Source: an uncultured Planctomycetales bacterium
GTDB taxonomy: Bacteria; Omnitrophota; Gorgyraeia; Aquiviventales; Aquiviventaceae
Direction: 5' to 3'
DNA length: 64,000 nucleotides
NCBI GenBank assembly: GCA_964556925.1
Contig: CAZKXY010000001.1
Location: forward strand, 2,790 to 66,789
Position numbers and translations under genes: made by a program. The notes beneath the pieces are model-generated. The model did not search any database, was not told the DNA's origin, and worked only from the letters and a program-made list of their open reading frames with translations. This document shows positions 28,617-37,154 of the stretch, one piece after another. The stretch's first letter is position 1; each line of letters starts with the position of its first letter.

Positions 28617-29669
28617 GTGGAGGCGCTCTGCGACTTTTTCGCTCGCGCGTACGCCGACCGACCCCTCGCCCAGGCCTTCAGCGATCGGACCCTGATCCGT
28701 CGTCGATGGACGTGGTGGCACGAGGGCAATCCCGCTCGCCTCGACGCCGCGCCCCAGGCGTGGGTGTGCCGCCGCCAGGGTCAGATCATTGGACACATGG
28801 CGGCCCTGCCGGCGGTGGCGCTGGTCAACGGGCGGCCCCTGCCGGTCTGCTGGGGCGCAGACCTCATCGTGGCTCCGGAGCGGCGCCGCCACGGCCTCGG
28901 CCCCGTGCTCGTCATGACGCTCGTGCAGGCGATGCGGCAGCCGGTCATGATCGCCGGGACCAACGAGGACGCCTGCCCGATGTTCCGCCGCCTGGGGTTC
29001 GCGGATTGGGGGCGGCTGCCGCTCTACGTGCGGGTGCTCAGGCCGCGCCCGTTCTTCGACACGATGCCGTGGCCGCCGCTTGTCCGGCGGGTGACCGCCG
29101 CGGGATGGCAGGCCGCCGGCCGGGTCGCGTCTCGAGCCCCTCTCTCGCGACCAGGCGCCGTGGTGCCGTTGGAGCGGTTCGACGAGCGGTTCGATCGATG
29201 GTGGCAGCCCATCGAACGGACCTTTCCCGGCGTCATCCGGCGCACCAGCGACACCATGACCTGGCGGTATCACCAGCATCCTCACCACCACTATCAGGCC
29301 TTTGGCGCGATGTCGGCAGGGGCGCTGCGCGGGGTCGTCGTCCTGCGCCACGGCCGCTCCCGCGGCCTGCCGACAGGATTCATTACCGAGCTCCTCGCCG
29401 ATCCGAACGACCAGCAGACCATGGGGGACTTGCTGGCACACGCGCAGGAGGTCTTCACCGCCCACGCGCAGGAGGCCCCGGTGTTCATTCGATGCGCCGT
29501 CCTCCCTGGGGCGTTTGGGCGGGCCCTGCGGCGCGCCGGGTTCCTCCGGGTTCCCAGCCCGATCCATTGGATGGTGGCGCACGCTGACGGGCCCTCAGGC
29601 CTTAGCGACCTCGCGGGTCGGGACGGATGGTTCCTGAACGCGGGGGATAGCGATCTGGATGTGGTGTAG
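28617..29669 (+). CDS. GNAT-family N-acetyltransferase (two-domain)
   Basis: LIVAPERRRHGLGPVLV is an acetyl-CoA binding motif. The start is uncertain: the ORF-track start at 28488 lies inside repeat A3, and a GTG at 28617 is proposed instead. Confidence 0.55.
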   Translation: MEALCDFFARAYADRPLAQAFSDRTLIRRRWTWWHEGNPARLDAAPQAWVCRRQGQIIGHMAALPAVALVNGRPLPVCWGADLIVAPERRRHGLGPVLVMTLVQAMRQPVMIAGTNEDACPMFRRLGFADWGRLPLYVRVLRPRPFFDTMPWPPLVRRVTAAGWQAAGRVASRAPLSRPGAVVPLERFDERFDRWWQPIERTFPGVIRRTSDTMTWRYHQHPHHHYQAFGAMSAGALRGVVVLRHGRSRGLPTGFITELLADPNDQQTMGDLLAHAQEVFTAHAQEAPVFIRCAVLPGAFGRALRRAGFLRVPSPIHWMVAHADGPSGLSDLAGRDGWFLNAGDSDLDVV

Positions 29670-29678
29670 GCGGTGCGC

Positions 29679-29738
29679 ATGAGCCGCGTGCTGGTGACGG
29701 GCGGGGCGGGGTTCACCCCGCCCCGCCTCCCAAGATGA
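29679..29738 (+). other. Leader mini-ORF MSRVLVTGGAGFTPPRLPR (19 codons) ending in an ATGA overlap with the downstream epimerase start
   Basis: Read directly from the sequence. The peptide duplicates the N-terminus of the downstream protein (MRVLVTGGAGFIGSHL). It also contains the hairpin GGGCGGGGCGGGGTTCACCCCGCCCCGCC. Confidence 0.4.
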
Positions 29739-30853
29739 GAGTCCTGGTTACCGGAGGGGCGGGGTTCATTGGGTCGCATCTGGTGGATGCCCTGGTGCGC
29801 GAGGGGCATCAGGTCCGCGTCCTCGACAACCTGGAGCCGCAGGTGCACGAGGGGCGCCAGCCGGCGTATCTGCATCCTGACGCGGAGTACCGCTGGGGCG
29901 ACCTCCGCGACCGCCAGGCGGTCCGCAAGGCGCTGGAGGGCGTCAAGGTCGTCTTCCACGAGGCCGCCGCGGTCGGCGTCGGGCAGTCCATGTACCAGAT
30001 TGAGAAGTACGTCTCCGCGAACGTCCTGGGGACGGCCGTGTTGCTGGATGTCATCGTGACGGAGCGGGTGTCGATCCACAAGCTGGTGGTCGCCAGCTCC
30101 ATGAGCCTCTACGGCGAGGGCCACTACCGGTGCGAGGCCTGCGGCCCGATGGTCATTGCGCTGCGTCCGGCCGAGCAGCTCGCCGCGCGCCAGTGGGAGC
30201 CGCGCTGCCCGCGCTGTCGCGCGGCGGTGGTTCCGCAGCCGACCCCGGAAGACAAGCCGCTTGTGCCGACGTCGGTGTACGCGGTGTCCAAACGCGACCA
30301 GGAAGAGCTCTGCCTGACGGTCGGCGCCGCGCATCAGATTCCGATGGTCGCCCTGCGCTACTTCAACGTCTATGGGAGCCGCCAGGCGCTCTCCAACCCC
30401 TACACGGGCGTCTGCGCGATCTTCTCCGCCCGCATCAAGCACGCCAAGGCGCCGCTGCTCTTCGAGGATGGCCGGCAGGCGCGCGATTTCACCCACGTGC
30501 GCGACATCGTCCACGCGAACCTGCTGGTCATGCGCGAGGCGCGCGCCGATGGCCGCGTCTTCAACGTGGCCACGGGCCTGCCGACCAGCATCCTGGACAT
30601 CGCCCGGGCGCTGATCCGCTGCTATGGCGCGGCGGTGGAGCCCCAGGTGACGCAGCAGTTCCGCGCCGGCGACATCCGGCACTGTTACGCGGACATCCGG
30701 CGGCTGCGCGAGCTGGGCTTCTCGCCGAGCGTCCGGCTTGACGACGGCCTGCGGGAGCTGGTGGCCTGGGGCAGGCAGGAGCGGGCCGACGATCGCGTGG
30801 AGCTCGCGACGCGGGAGCTGACGAAGTTCGGGCTGGTGCGCGGCCATGGCTGA
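29735..30853 (+). CDS. NAD-dependent epimerase/dehydratase with an inserted Cys4 zinc-ribbon (CxxC...CxxC) before the catalytic YxxxK
   Basis: VTGGAGFIGSHL; the insert YRCEACGP...PRCPRCRA; and YAVSK. Confidence 0.75.
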   Translation: MRVLVTGGAGFIGSHLVDALVREGHQVRVLDNLEPQVHEGRQPAYLHPDAEYRWGDLRDRQAVRKALEGVKVVFHEAAAVGVGQSMYQIEKYVSANVLGTAVLLDVIVTERVSIHKLVVASSMSLYGEGHYRCEACGPMVIALRPAEQLAARQWEPRCPRCRAAVVPQPTPEDKPLVPTSVYAVSKRDQEELCLTVGAAHQIPMVALRYFNVYGSRQALSNPYTGVCAIFSARIKHAKAPLLFEDGRQARDFTHVRDIVHANLLVMREARADGRVFNVATGLPTSILDIARALIRCYGAAVEPQVTQQFRAGDIRHCYADIRRLRELGFSPSVRLDDGLRELVAWGRQERADDRVELATRELTKFGLVRGHG

Positions 30854-32009
30854 GCCGGTCTGCGATCTCGTGCTGTTAAGCTGGAACCACCTGGAGCAGA
30901 CCCGGCCGTGCCTTGAGACGCTGGCCGGCTCCACCACCGTGCCGTGCCGTTTGTTCCTCGTGGATAACGGCAGCGAGCCCCCGGTGCGGGAGTTCCTCCG
31001 CGGCGTGCGCCCAGCCGGCGCGATCCAAGAGGTGGTGCTCCTGCAGAACGAGACAAACGAGGGCTTCCCCCGCGGGATGAACCGCGGCATCCGCGCCTCG
31101 CGCGCGCCGTACGTGTGCCTGCTCAACAACGACCTGCGGTTGACCACCGGCTGGCTCGAGGAGCTCGTGGCGGTGGCCGAGGCCCATCCGACCCTGGGGG
31201 TGCTCAACCCCAACACCAGCAACCTCGACAACACCCCGAAAGGGATCACGCTGGAAGCCTATGCCCAGCGCCTGCGCGCCGCGCGCGGGCAGCATCTGGA
31301 GCTGGGGATGTGCATCGGCTTCTGCATGCTCATCAAGCGGGCGGTGCTGGATGCGATCGGGGGCCTGAGCGAGGAGGTGGAGCGGATCTTTTTTGAAGAC
31401 GAGGACTTCTGCATGCGCGCGCAGCAGGCCGGCTTCCAGTGCGGAGTGGCGCTGGGCGCCTACGTGTTCCACGCCGAGCACCAGACCGTCAAGGAGCTGC
31501 CGGAGCGCGAGGCGCTCTTCGCCCGGAACCGGCGCTGGTGCCACGGCAAGTGGGGGCGCTGGGTGCGGATGGCCTGGCCGCGGTTTACGCCGGTGGTGCC
31601 GGGCTCCAGTGAGCTGCGGCACTGGCTGGAGCAGCTGCTCGGCTTCGTCAGGCGCCGCACGCTGGTCTACGTCTATGGCCCGATGCCGGACGGCTTCAGC
31701 CGCGACGGGTTGTGTCGCTCCGTGGGGCTCGTCCCGCACGCGGACCTGCGCTGGTATGCGGTGCCGCGAGCGCTGGCGCCACTCGCCGCCGCCGCGATGA
31801 TCCTCAAGCGGCGCAAGAAGCGGTTCAACGTGATCACGGCCCCGACGCCAGGCTGGGGACGGTGGATGCGACGGTTCACGCCGCTGCACGGGGCAGCGGT
31901 GGTGCCGGAAGACGATGACGCGCGGCTGCGCGCCGAGTGGGCGCGCGCCGCCTGGCGCGGGCTGGCCGAGCCGGCCGCGCCGCCGAGGGACGGGAAGACG
32001 CGGCCATGA
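30846..32009 (+). CDS. GT2 glycosyltransferase (rhamnosyl/galactosyl-transferase-like) with a C-terminal extension
   Basis: LVDNGS and LLNNDLRLTTGWLEEL motifs. It is paralogous to the second domain of the next gene. Confidence 0.7.
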   Translation: MAEPVCDLVLLSWNHLEQTRPCLETLAGSTTVPCRLFLVDNGSEPPVREFLRGVRPAGAIQEVVLLQNETNEGFPRGMNRGIRASRAPYVCLLNNDLRLTTGWLEELVAVAEAHPTLGVLNPNTSNLDNTPKGITLEAYAQRLRAARGQHLELGMCIGFCMLIKRAVLDAIGGLSEEVERIFFEDEDFCMRAQQAGFQCGVALGAYVFHAEHQTVKELPEREALFARNRRWCHGKWGRWVRMAWPRFTPVVPGSSELRHWLEQLLGFVRRRTLVYVYGPMPDGFSRDGLCRSVGLVPHADLRWYAVPRALAPLAAAAMILKRRKKRFNVITAPTPGWGRWMRRFTPLHGAAVVPEDDDARLRAEWARAAWRGLAEPAAPPRDGKTRP

Positions 32010-32142
32010 CCCCACTACCTGGGCGTGGGCCGGGTCGACGATACGGGGCGTCCGCGACCGACCCGGCCCGGGGTCGCGGCGTCTGGCTGACAACTGTGTG
32101 GGCGACCCGCCCCGCCGCAGGCGGGGCCGCCCAGGTAGTGGG
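32010..32142. promoter_or_regulatory. Structured 133-nt spacer bounded by a perfect 12-bp long-range inverted repeat, upstream of the dual-domain GT2 gene
   Basis: CCACTACCTGGG (32012-32023) / CCCAGGTAGTGG (32128-32139). Inner hairpins: CGCGACCGACCCGG/CCGGGGTCGCG, and GCCCCGCC-gca-GGCGGGGC immediately before the start codon. Confidence 0.45.
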
Positions 32143-34005
32143 ATGAGGGTTCCGGTGTCGGTGGTGATCCTCACCAAAAACGAGGCCGGCCGCATCCGCG
32201 AGTGCCTCGAGAGCGTGCGGTGGGCGGATGAGGTCCTCGTCGTCGATGACAACAGCACCGATGAGACCGTCCCGCTCGCGCAATCGCTCGGCGCCCGGGT
32301 GCTCCGGCGCACCATGGACCTCGAGGGCCGGCACCGCAACTGGGCCGCCGCCCAAGCCGCGCACGAGTGGGTCTTCAGCCTGGACGCGGACGAGCGCGTC
32401 ACCCCGGAGCTGGCGCAGGAGATCACCGCGCTGCTGCAGGGTCCTCCCGTCTACGAGACCTATGCGATCCCTCGGCGCAACTACATCGGGGACCGGTGGA
32501 TTCGGCACGGCGGCTGGTACCCCAGCGCCCAGGTGAAACTGTTCAAGAAATCGGCGTTTCGGTGGGAAGAGACCACCGTCCACCCCCGGGCCATCGGGCC
32601 GGCCGCCGGCGAGCTGACGCACGAGCTGCTTCACTACTCCTATCGTGACCTCGCGGATTTTGTCAGCAAGCTGGATCGCCAGACGACGTTGGAGTCGGAG
32701 AAGTGGGTCGCCGATGGCCGCCGCATGACGCTGGGCAAAGCCCTCTGGCGAAGCGCTGATCGGTTCTGGCGGGCCTTCGTGGGCAAGCAGGGCTGGCGGG
32801 ATGGGGTCTGGGGATTCCTCGTCGCGGTCATGGCCGGCTGCTACCAGATCCTGAGCTACGCGAAATATTGGGAGGCGCTCCTGCGCCTGCGCCACGAGCC
32901 CGCCACCTCTCCCGGCGCGCAGGAGGCGGCCGAGACGACGCCGGTCCTCTGCGACCTGATCGTGCTCACCTGGAACCGCGCGGATTTACTCCGGAGCTGC
33001 GTCGAGCGGCTCCTGGCCCATACGCCGCTTCCCAGCCGGCTCCTCATCGTGGATAACGGCAGCACCGATCCGGAGGCGTTGGGGTACCTGGACGCGCTGC
33101 GCCGGCGCCACCCGCGCGGCGTCGAGGTCATCCGGCATCCGGCCAACATCGGGATCGCCGCCGCGCTCAATGCCGGGCTGGCCCGGACCCGGGCGCCCTG
33201 GATCGGCCTGCTCAACAATGACGCCTTCGTGACCGCCGGCTGGCTGGAGGAGCTGATCGCCGTGGCGGAGTCCGACCCGTCGATCGGCCTGGTCAACCCC
33301 ATGAGCAACCAGTTCGGCCTCGCCCCCCGCGCGCGCGAAACCATCGATGCGGTCGCGCGCCGATGCCGCGCGGCCCGCGGGCGGTGGATCGAGCAGTCCC
33401 GCGCTGAGGGATTTTGCGTCGTGCTGCCCCGCCGGGTCTTCGAGCGCGTGGGCTATTGGGATGACACGCTGGGCGGGATGTTTTACGAGGACGCCGATTA
33501 CGCCCTGCGCGCGCGCCAGGCCGGGTTCCGCTCGGTGGTGGCCGAAGGGGCCTATGTCTATCATGTCGGCGGCGCAACGATCGGGCGGGACCCGGCGCGG
33601 CACGAGCGCTTCGCAGCAAGCGCCGCGCGCTTTGCTCGGAAGTGGCCCCTGGCCCAGCCGCAGCGGATGGGCTGGATCCTGGGGCGCGAACGCGGCCCTG
33701 CGCTGACGCCCGCGGCCTGCGCCATCCGCGAGCTGGCGAACGCGGGCCACAAGCTCTGGGTGTTCGGCGCCGCCGGCCAGGTGCGCGAGCTGCCCCGGCA
33801 TCTGCAGGTCGTCCCGGTGACGCTGCCGCGGGTCGGCGGATCCCTCGTCGCGCTGTGGCGGATCCTGACCAAGAAAAAACGCTTCCAGCGGATCGTCGTC
33901 GAGCCGGGCGCACTCGCGCGCGCGGTGAGGAGCCTCACCCCGCTGCACCGGGCGATGGTGGAGCCGCCTCCGGTCCGGCAGGACTCGCCTGATGGCGTCC
34001 CGTGA
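32143..34005 (+). CDS. Dual-domain glycosyltransferase: GT2 (WaaE/KdtX-like LTKNE type) followed by GT2 (rhamnosyltransferase-like)
   Basis: Domain 1: VSVVILTKNEAGRIRECLESVRWADEVLVVDD. Domain 2: LIVDNGS ... LLNNDAFVTAGWLEEL. Confidence 0.7.
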   Translation: MRVPVSVVILTKNEAGRIRECLESVRWADEVLVVDDNSTDETVPLAQSLGARVLRRTMDLEGRHRNWAAAQAAHEWVFSLDADERVTPELAQEITALLQGPPVYETYAIPRRNYIGDRWIRHGGWYPSAQVKLFKKSAFRWEETTVHPRAIGPAAGELTHELLHYSYRDLADFVSKLDRQTTLESEKWVADGRRMTLGKALWRSADRFWRAFVGKQGWRDGVWGFLVAVMAGCYQILSYAKYWEALLRLRHEPATSPGAQEAAETTPVLCDLIVLTWNRADLLRSCVERLLAHTPLPSRLLIVDNGSTDPEALGYLDALRRRHPRGVEVIRHPANIGIAAALNAGLARTRAPWIGLLNNDAFVTAGWLEELIAVAESDPSIGLVNPMSNQFGLAPRARETIDAVARRCRAARGRWIEQSRAEGFCVVLPRRVFERVGYWDDTLGGMFYEDADYALRARQAGFRSVVAEGAYVYHVGGATIGRDPARHERFAASAARFARKWPLAQPQRMGWILGRERGPALTPAACAIRELANAGHKLWVFGAAGQVRELPRHLQVVPVTLPRVGGSLVALWRILTKKKRFQRIVVEPGALARAVRSLTPLHRAMVEPPPVRQDSPDGVP

Positions 34006-34894
34006 ACCCCGCCCCACGGCCTGCCCGCCCCGCTCCGCTGGAGCGGGCCAGCGATCTCACCCGCTCGATGAACGGGCTGGGCTCACAGGCGGGGCTTCCG
34101 TGGGGCGGGGTGAACGGCTGACCGCGCTGCTCTTGACGAAGAACGAGGAAGCGCAATTGCGGCGCTGCCTGGACAGCGTCCGGTGGGCCGATGAGGTCGT
34201 GGTCGTCGATGGCCAGAGCACCGACCGCACCCCCCAGATCGCTCGAGACTACGGCGCAACCGTGGTGTCGCGGCCGTTCAGCGGCTCCTTCGCCGAGGAG
34301 CGCAACGCCGGCCTGGCGGTCGCCACCGGCGACTGGGTGCTCCAGATGGACGCGGACGAGCAGGTCAGCCCGGGCCTGCGCGCGGCGATCGAGCGGCTCT
34401 TGGCCGACGGCTCGCCCCACGCGGCGTTCAAGCTGAGGCGGCTCAACACGTTCCTCGGCCGGACGATGCGCCACGGTGGCTGGTACCACTACCACACGGC
34501 GCTGTTCCGCCGGCAGGGCGCGCGGTACGAGGGGCTGGTGCATGAGCGGCTGCGCCACCAGGGGAGCGTGGGCGTCCTGGAGGCGGACCTGTGCCACGAG
34601 CCGTTTCAGTCGATCAGCCAGTTCCTCGCGCGCCAGAACCGCTACACCAGTCTGCAGGCGCGCGAGCTGTTCGAGCGCCAGGGGCGACTGCCGCTGGCGC
34701 GCGTGAGGCGCCAATTGTGGGCCCGCCCGCTCAAGCTGTTCTGGAAAGCGTACGTCAAGAAGCAGGGCTTCCGCGAGGGCCGGCACGGCTTGATGTTCTC
34801 GATCCTGTTTGCGTGGGTGGATTTCCTCTTGTGGGCCAAGTATTGGGAACTGGTCTGGGCGGGATCCAGCGGAGACGCGCGCCGCCATGCGTGA
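33992..34894 (+). CDS. GT2 glycosyltransferase (WaaE/KdtX-like), paralog of domain 1 of the preceding gene
   Basis: LTALLLTKNEEAQLRRCLDSVRWADEVVVVDGQSTD. The start is ambiguous. The ATG at 33992 would place a strong hairpin inside the N-terminal coding region. An alternative GTG near 34100 lies just after that hairpin. Confidence 0.6.
   Translation: MASREPRPTACPPRSAGAGQRSHPLDERAGLTGGASVGRGERLTALLLTKNEEAQLRRCLDSVRWADEVVVVDGQSTDRTPQIARDYGATVVSRPFSGSFAEERNAGLAVATGDWVLQMDADEQVSPGLRAAIERLLADGSPHAAFKLRRLNTFLGRTMRHGGWYHYHTALFRRQGARYEGLVHERLRHQGSVGVLEADLCHEPFQSISQFLARQNRYTSLQARELFERQGRLPLARVRRQLWARPLKLFWKAYVKKQGFREGRHGLMFSILFAWVDFLLWAKYWELVWAGSSGDARRHA
34001..34116. promoter_or_regulatory. Structured element bounded by a perfect 14-bp long-range inverted repeat, upstream of (or within the 5' end of) the paralogous GT2 gene
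   Basis: ACCCCGCCCCACGG (34006-34019) / CCGTGGGGCGGGGT (34098-34111). Flanking direct GTGAAC repeats. Inner hairpin CCGCTCC-gct-GGAGCGG. Confidence 0.45.
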
Positions 34895-36419
34895 GCGGTC
34901 GCGGCCGGACTGGGTCATCGCCGGGCTCTTCGCCCTGGCCGGCCTCCTGCTCCTCGCCAACCTGGAGAACGGCTTGCTGTGGCAGGACGAGGCGGAAACG
35001 GCGCTGCTGGCCCGTCACGTCTTGCGCTTCGGCTACCCTCGGGCGTTCGACGGCCGCCATTGGCTTGAGCTGGCCGGCTACGGCTTTGGGCCCGGGGAGG
35101 CCTGGATCTACAGCCCCTGGCTGCCGTTCTATCTGCTCGCCGGCGTGTTTGCGCTGGCGGGCGAGGCGACCTGGATCGCCCGGCTGCCCTTCGCCCTGTG
35201 CGGGCTGGCCACGGTCTGGCTCACCTGGCGGCTGGCCTGTCGCCTGACGCCCGATGCGCGGATCCAGCGCCTCAGCGTGGCGCTGCTCGCCTGCTCGGTG
35301 CCGTTCCTGCTGCACATGCGGCAGTGCCGCTACTACGCCATGGCGACGGCGCTGTTGACCGCCGTCTGCCTCGCCTACCTGAACTTCCTCGCGCGCCCGT
35401 CCCTCCGCCGGGCCGCGGCCCTGACGCTGAGCCTGGTGCTGTTGTTTCACACGAACTTCGGGACGTTCCTGCCCGCGCTCGCCGCGCTGTTCCTCCATCA
35501 GGCCGTCTGGGGCACCCGGCAGACCAGCCGCCCCTTCCTCTGGAGCCTGGGGCTGGTCGTGCTGGTGACGTTTCCCTGGGCCCTGTACTTCTATCAGCCC
35601 GCCTTCCTTGGGGAGCTGTCGCCTGCGCGGGTATACCGGCATCTCGAATACTACGTGCGGATCACCAACAAGTACCTGATGCCGCTGGCGGCGATGGCGG
35701 CGACGTCGCTCGGCTTCCTCCTCTGGCGCGGGCGGGCCGCGTCCCTGCGGGCCGTCCCCTCCACCCCGCCCTTAAGGGCGGGGTCCACCCTGCCGCCTTC
35801 GATCCGCTGGTGGCTCATCCTGCTGGTGGGGCTGCAGGTGGCGTTCCTGACGCTGCCGGACCAGCGGCATATGCGCTACCTCATCCCGGCGCTGCCCGTG
35901 TTGGTGATCGCCGAGGCCTGGTGGCTGGCGTCCCTGGGGTTGCGCAACGGTCGGCGATCCCTCGGATGGGTGCTGGTGGCGCTGGCCGTGCTCACGAACG
36001 CCTTGCAAGCGGTGCCGCCGTCCATCCCCCTGCTGGATCTTGCGGAGGAGCTCACCCATCCGTACATCGGGCCGATGGAGGGCGTGGTGGGGTATCTGCG
36101 CGCCCACGGACGGCCCGGCCAGGTGGTGAAGATCCCCTACGATGACCGGACCCTGATCTTTTACACGGACCTGACGATCCAGCGTCCCTCAGAATTCCTG
36201 CGGGAGACCTACCCCGATTGGGTGGTCATCCGGCGCGGCTGGACCCCGGCCCACTTTTTCAAGTCCGCGCAGTACCGCCGGCTTGAAGCCACGTACGAGC
36301 GGATTGACTTGGATGCGCCGGACGCCTTTTGGCAGAACCGGGAGGACCCGGGCTTGCATCACTTCCGGCGGGCGTGGTGGCCCCCGCCCGTCCTCATGTT
36401 CCGGAAGCGGGTGGGATGA
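34887..36419 (+). CDS. GT-C fold glycosyltransferase of the ArnT/PMT (GT39/GT83) family
   Basis: LLWQDEAETALLARHVLRFGYP (first-loop DE motif) and about 11 predicted TM helices. Confidence 0.65.
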   Translation: MRERSRPDWVIAGLFALAGLLLLANLENGLLWQDEAETALLARHVLRFGYPRAFDGRHWLELAGYGFGPGEAWIYSPWLPFYLLAGVFALAGEATWIARLPFALCGLATVWLTWRLACRLTPDARIQRLSVALLACSVPFLLHMRQCRYYAMATALLTAVCLAYLNFLARPSLRRAAALTLSLVLLFHTNFGTFLPALAALFLHQAVWGTRQTSRPFLWSLGLVVLVTFPWALYFYQPAFLGELSPARVYRHLEYYVRITNKYLMPLAAMAATSLGFLLWRGRAASLRAVPSTPPLRAGSTLPPSIRWWLILLVGLQVAFLTLPDQRHMRYLIPALPVLVIAEAWWLASLGLRNGRRSLGWVLVALAVLTNALQAVPPSIPLLDLAEELTHPYIGPMEGVVGYLRAHGRPGQVVKIPYDDRTLIFYTDLTIQRPSEFLRETYPDWVVIRRGWTPAHFFKSAQYRRLEATYERIDLDAPDAFWQNREDPGLHHFRRAWWPPPVLMFRKRVG

Positions 36420-37150
36420 CCGCCAGGCCGCAGCTGTCCGTCGTCATCCCGGTCTACAACGAGGCCGACGTGCTCCGCCAGACGGTGCGGGAGGTGGCGG
36501 CGTACCTGACCGCGTCGCAGCTTGCCCACGAGATCCTCTTGGTGGATGACGGCTCAACCGACGGGACGCCGGCGATCGCCCGGCAGCTGGCGCGCGATCT
36601 GCCCGGGGTCCGCCTCATCCAGGCGTCGCACCAGGGCAAAGGGGCGGCGGTCAAGCGGGGCGCGCTGGACGCCGTCGGCGCCTGGGTGCTGTTCATGGAT
36701 GCGGACCACTCCACCCGGATCGAGGAGCTCCGGAAGTGCCTGCCGGGCCTGACGGACGGCTTCGAGGTTGTGATCGGCTCGCGCAAGATTCCAGGTGCCG
36801 ACGTGCGCGTCCATCAGCCGGCGCTGCGCGAAGCGATGGGCAAGGTCTTCACCTGGCTGACCAACACGCTCCTAGGCACGCGGGTCTCCGACATCACCTG
36901 CGGCTTTAAGTGCTTCCAGGCCGACGCGGCCCGGCGGATTTTCTCCCTCCAGCGGTTGACCGGCTGGGGGTTCGACGCGGAGATTTTGTTTATCGCGCGG
37001 CGCTTGGGTCTTCGGATCACCGAGGTGCCGGTGGTCTGGCAGGATCACGCCTCCACCAAGGTGCGGCTGGTCAAGGACGCGGTAGGCTCGTGCCTCGAGC
37101 TCGTCCGGATCCGCCTCGGCGCCTGGCGCGGCCACTACGCGGAGCCGTGA
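36416..37150 (+). CDS. GT2 polyprenol-phosphate sugar synthase (DPM1/dolichyl-phosphate glucosyltransferase-like)
   Basis: LSVVIPVYNEADVL, LLVDDGSTDGT, FMDADHS. ATGA overlap with the upstream GT-C gene. Confidence 0.75.
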   Translation: MTARPQLSVVIPVYNEADVLRQTVREVAAYLTASQLAHEILLVDDGSTDGTPAIARQLARDLPGVRLIQASHQGKGAAVKRGALDAVGAWVLFMDADHSTRIEELRKCLPGLTDGFEVVIGSRKIPGADVRVHQPALREAMGKVFTWLTNTLLGTRVSDITCGFKCFQADAARRIFSLQRLTGWGFDAEILFIARRLGLRITEVPVVWQDHASTKVRLVKDAVGSCLELVRIRLGAWRGHYAEP

Positions 37151-37154
37151 GGCC

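Noticed and set aside
20013-29733. The GGGCGGGGCGGGGTTCA motif recurring at 20020, 29712 and 29752, considered as a separate GC-box repeat family.
   Set aside because: It is simply the high-GC codon rendering of the Rossmann motif TGGAGFIGS at the start of the SDR genes and their duplicated leaders. It is therefore reported under the leader-ORF findings rather than as an independent repeat.
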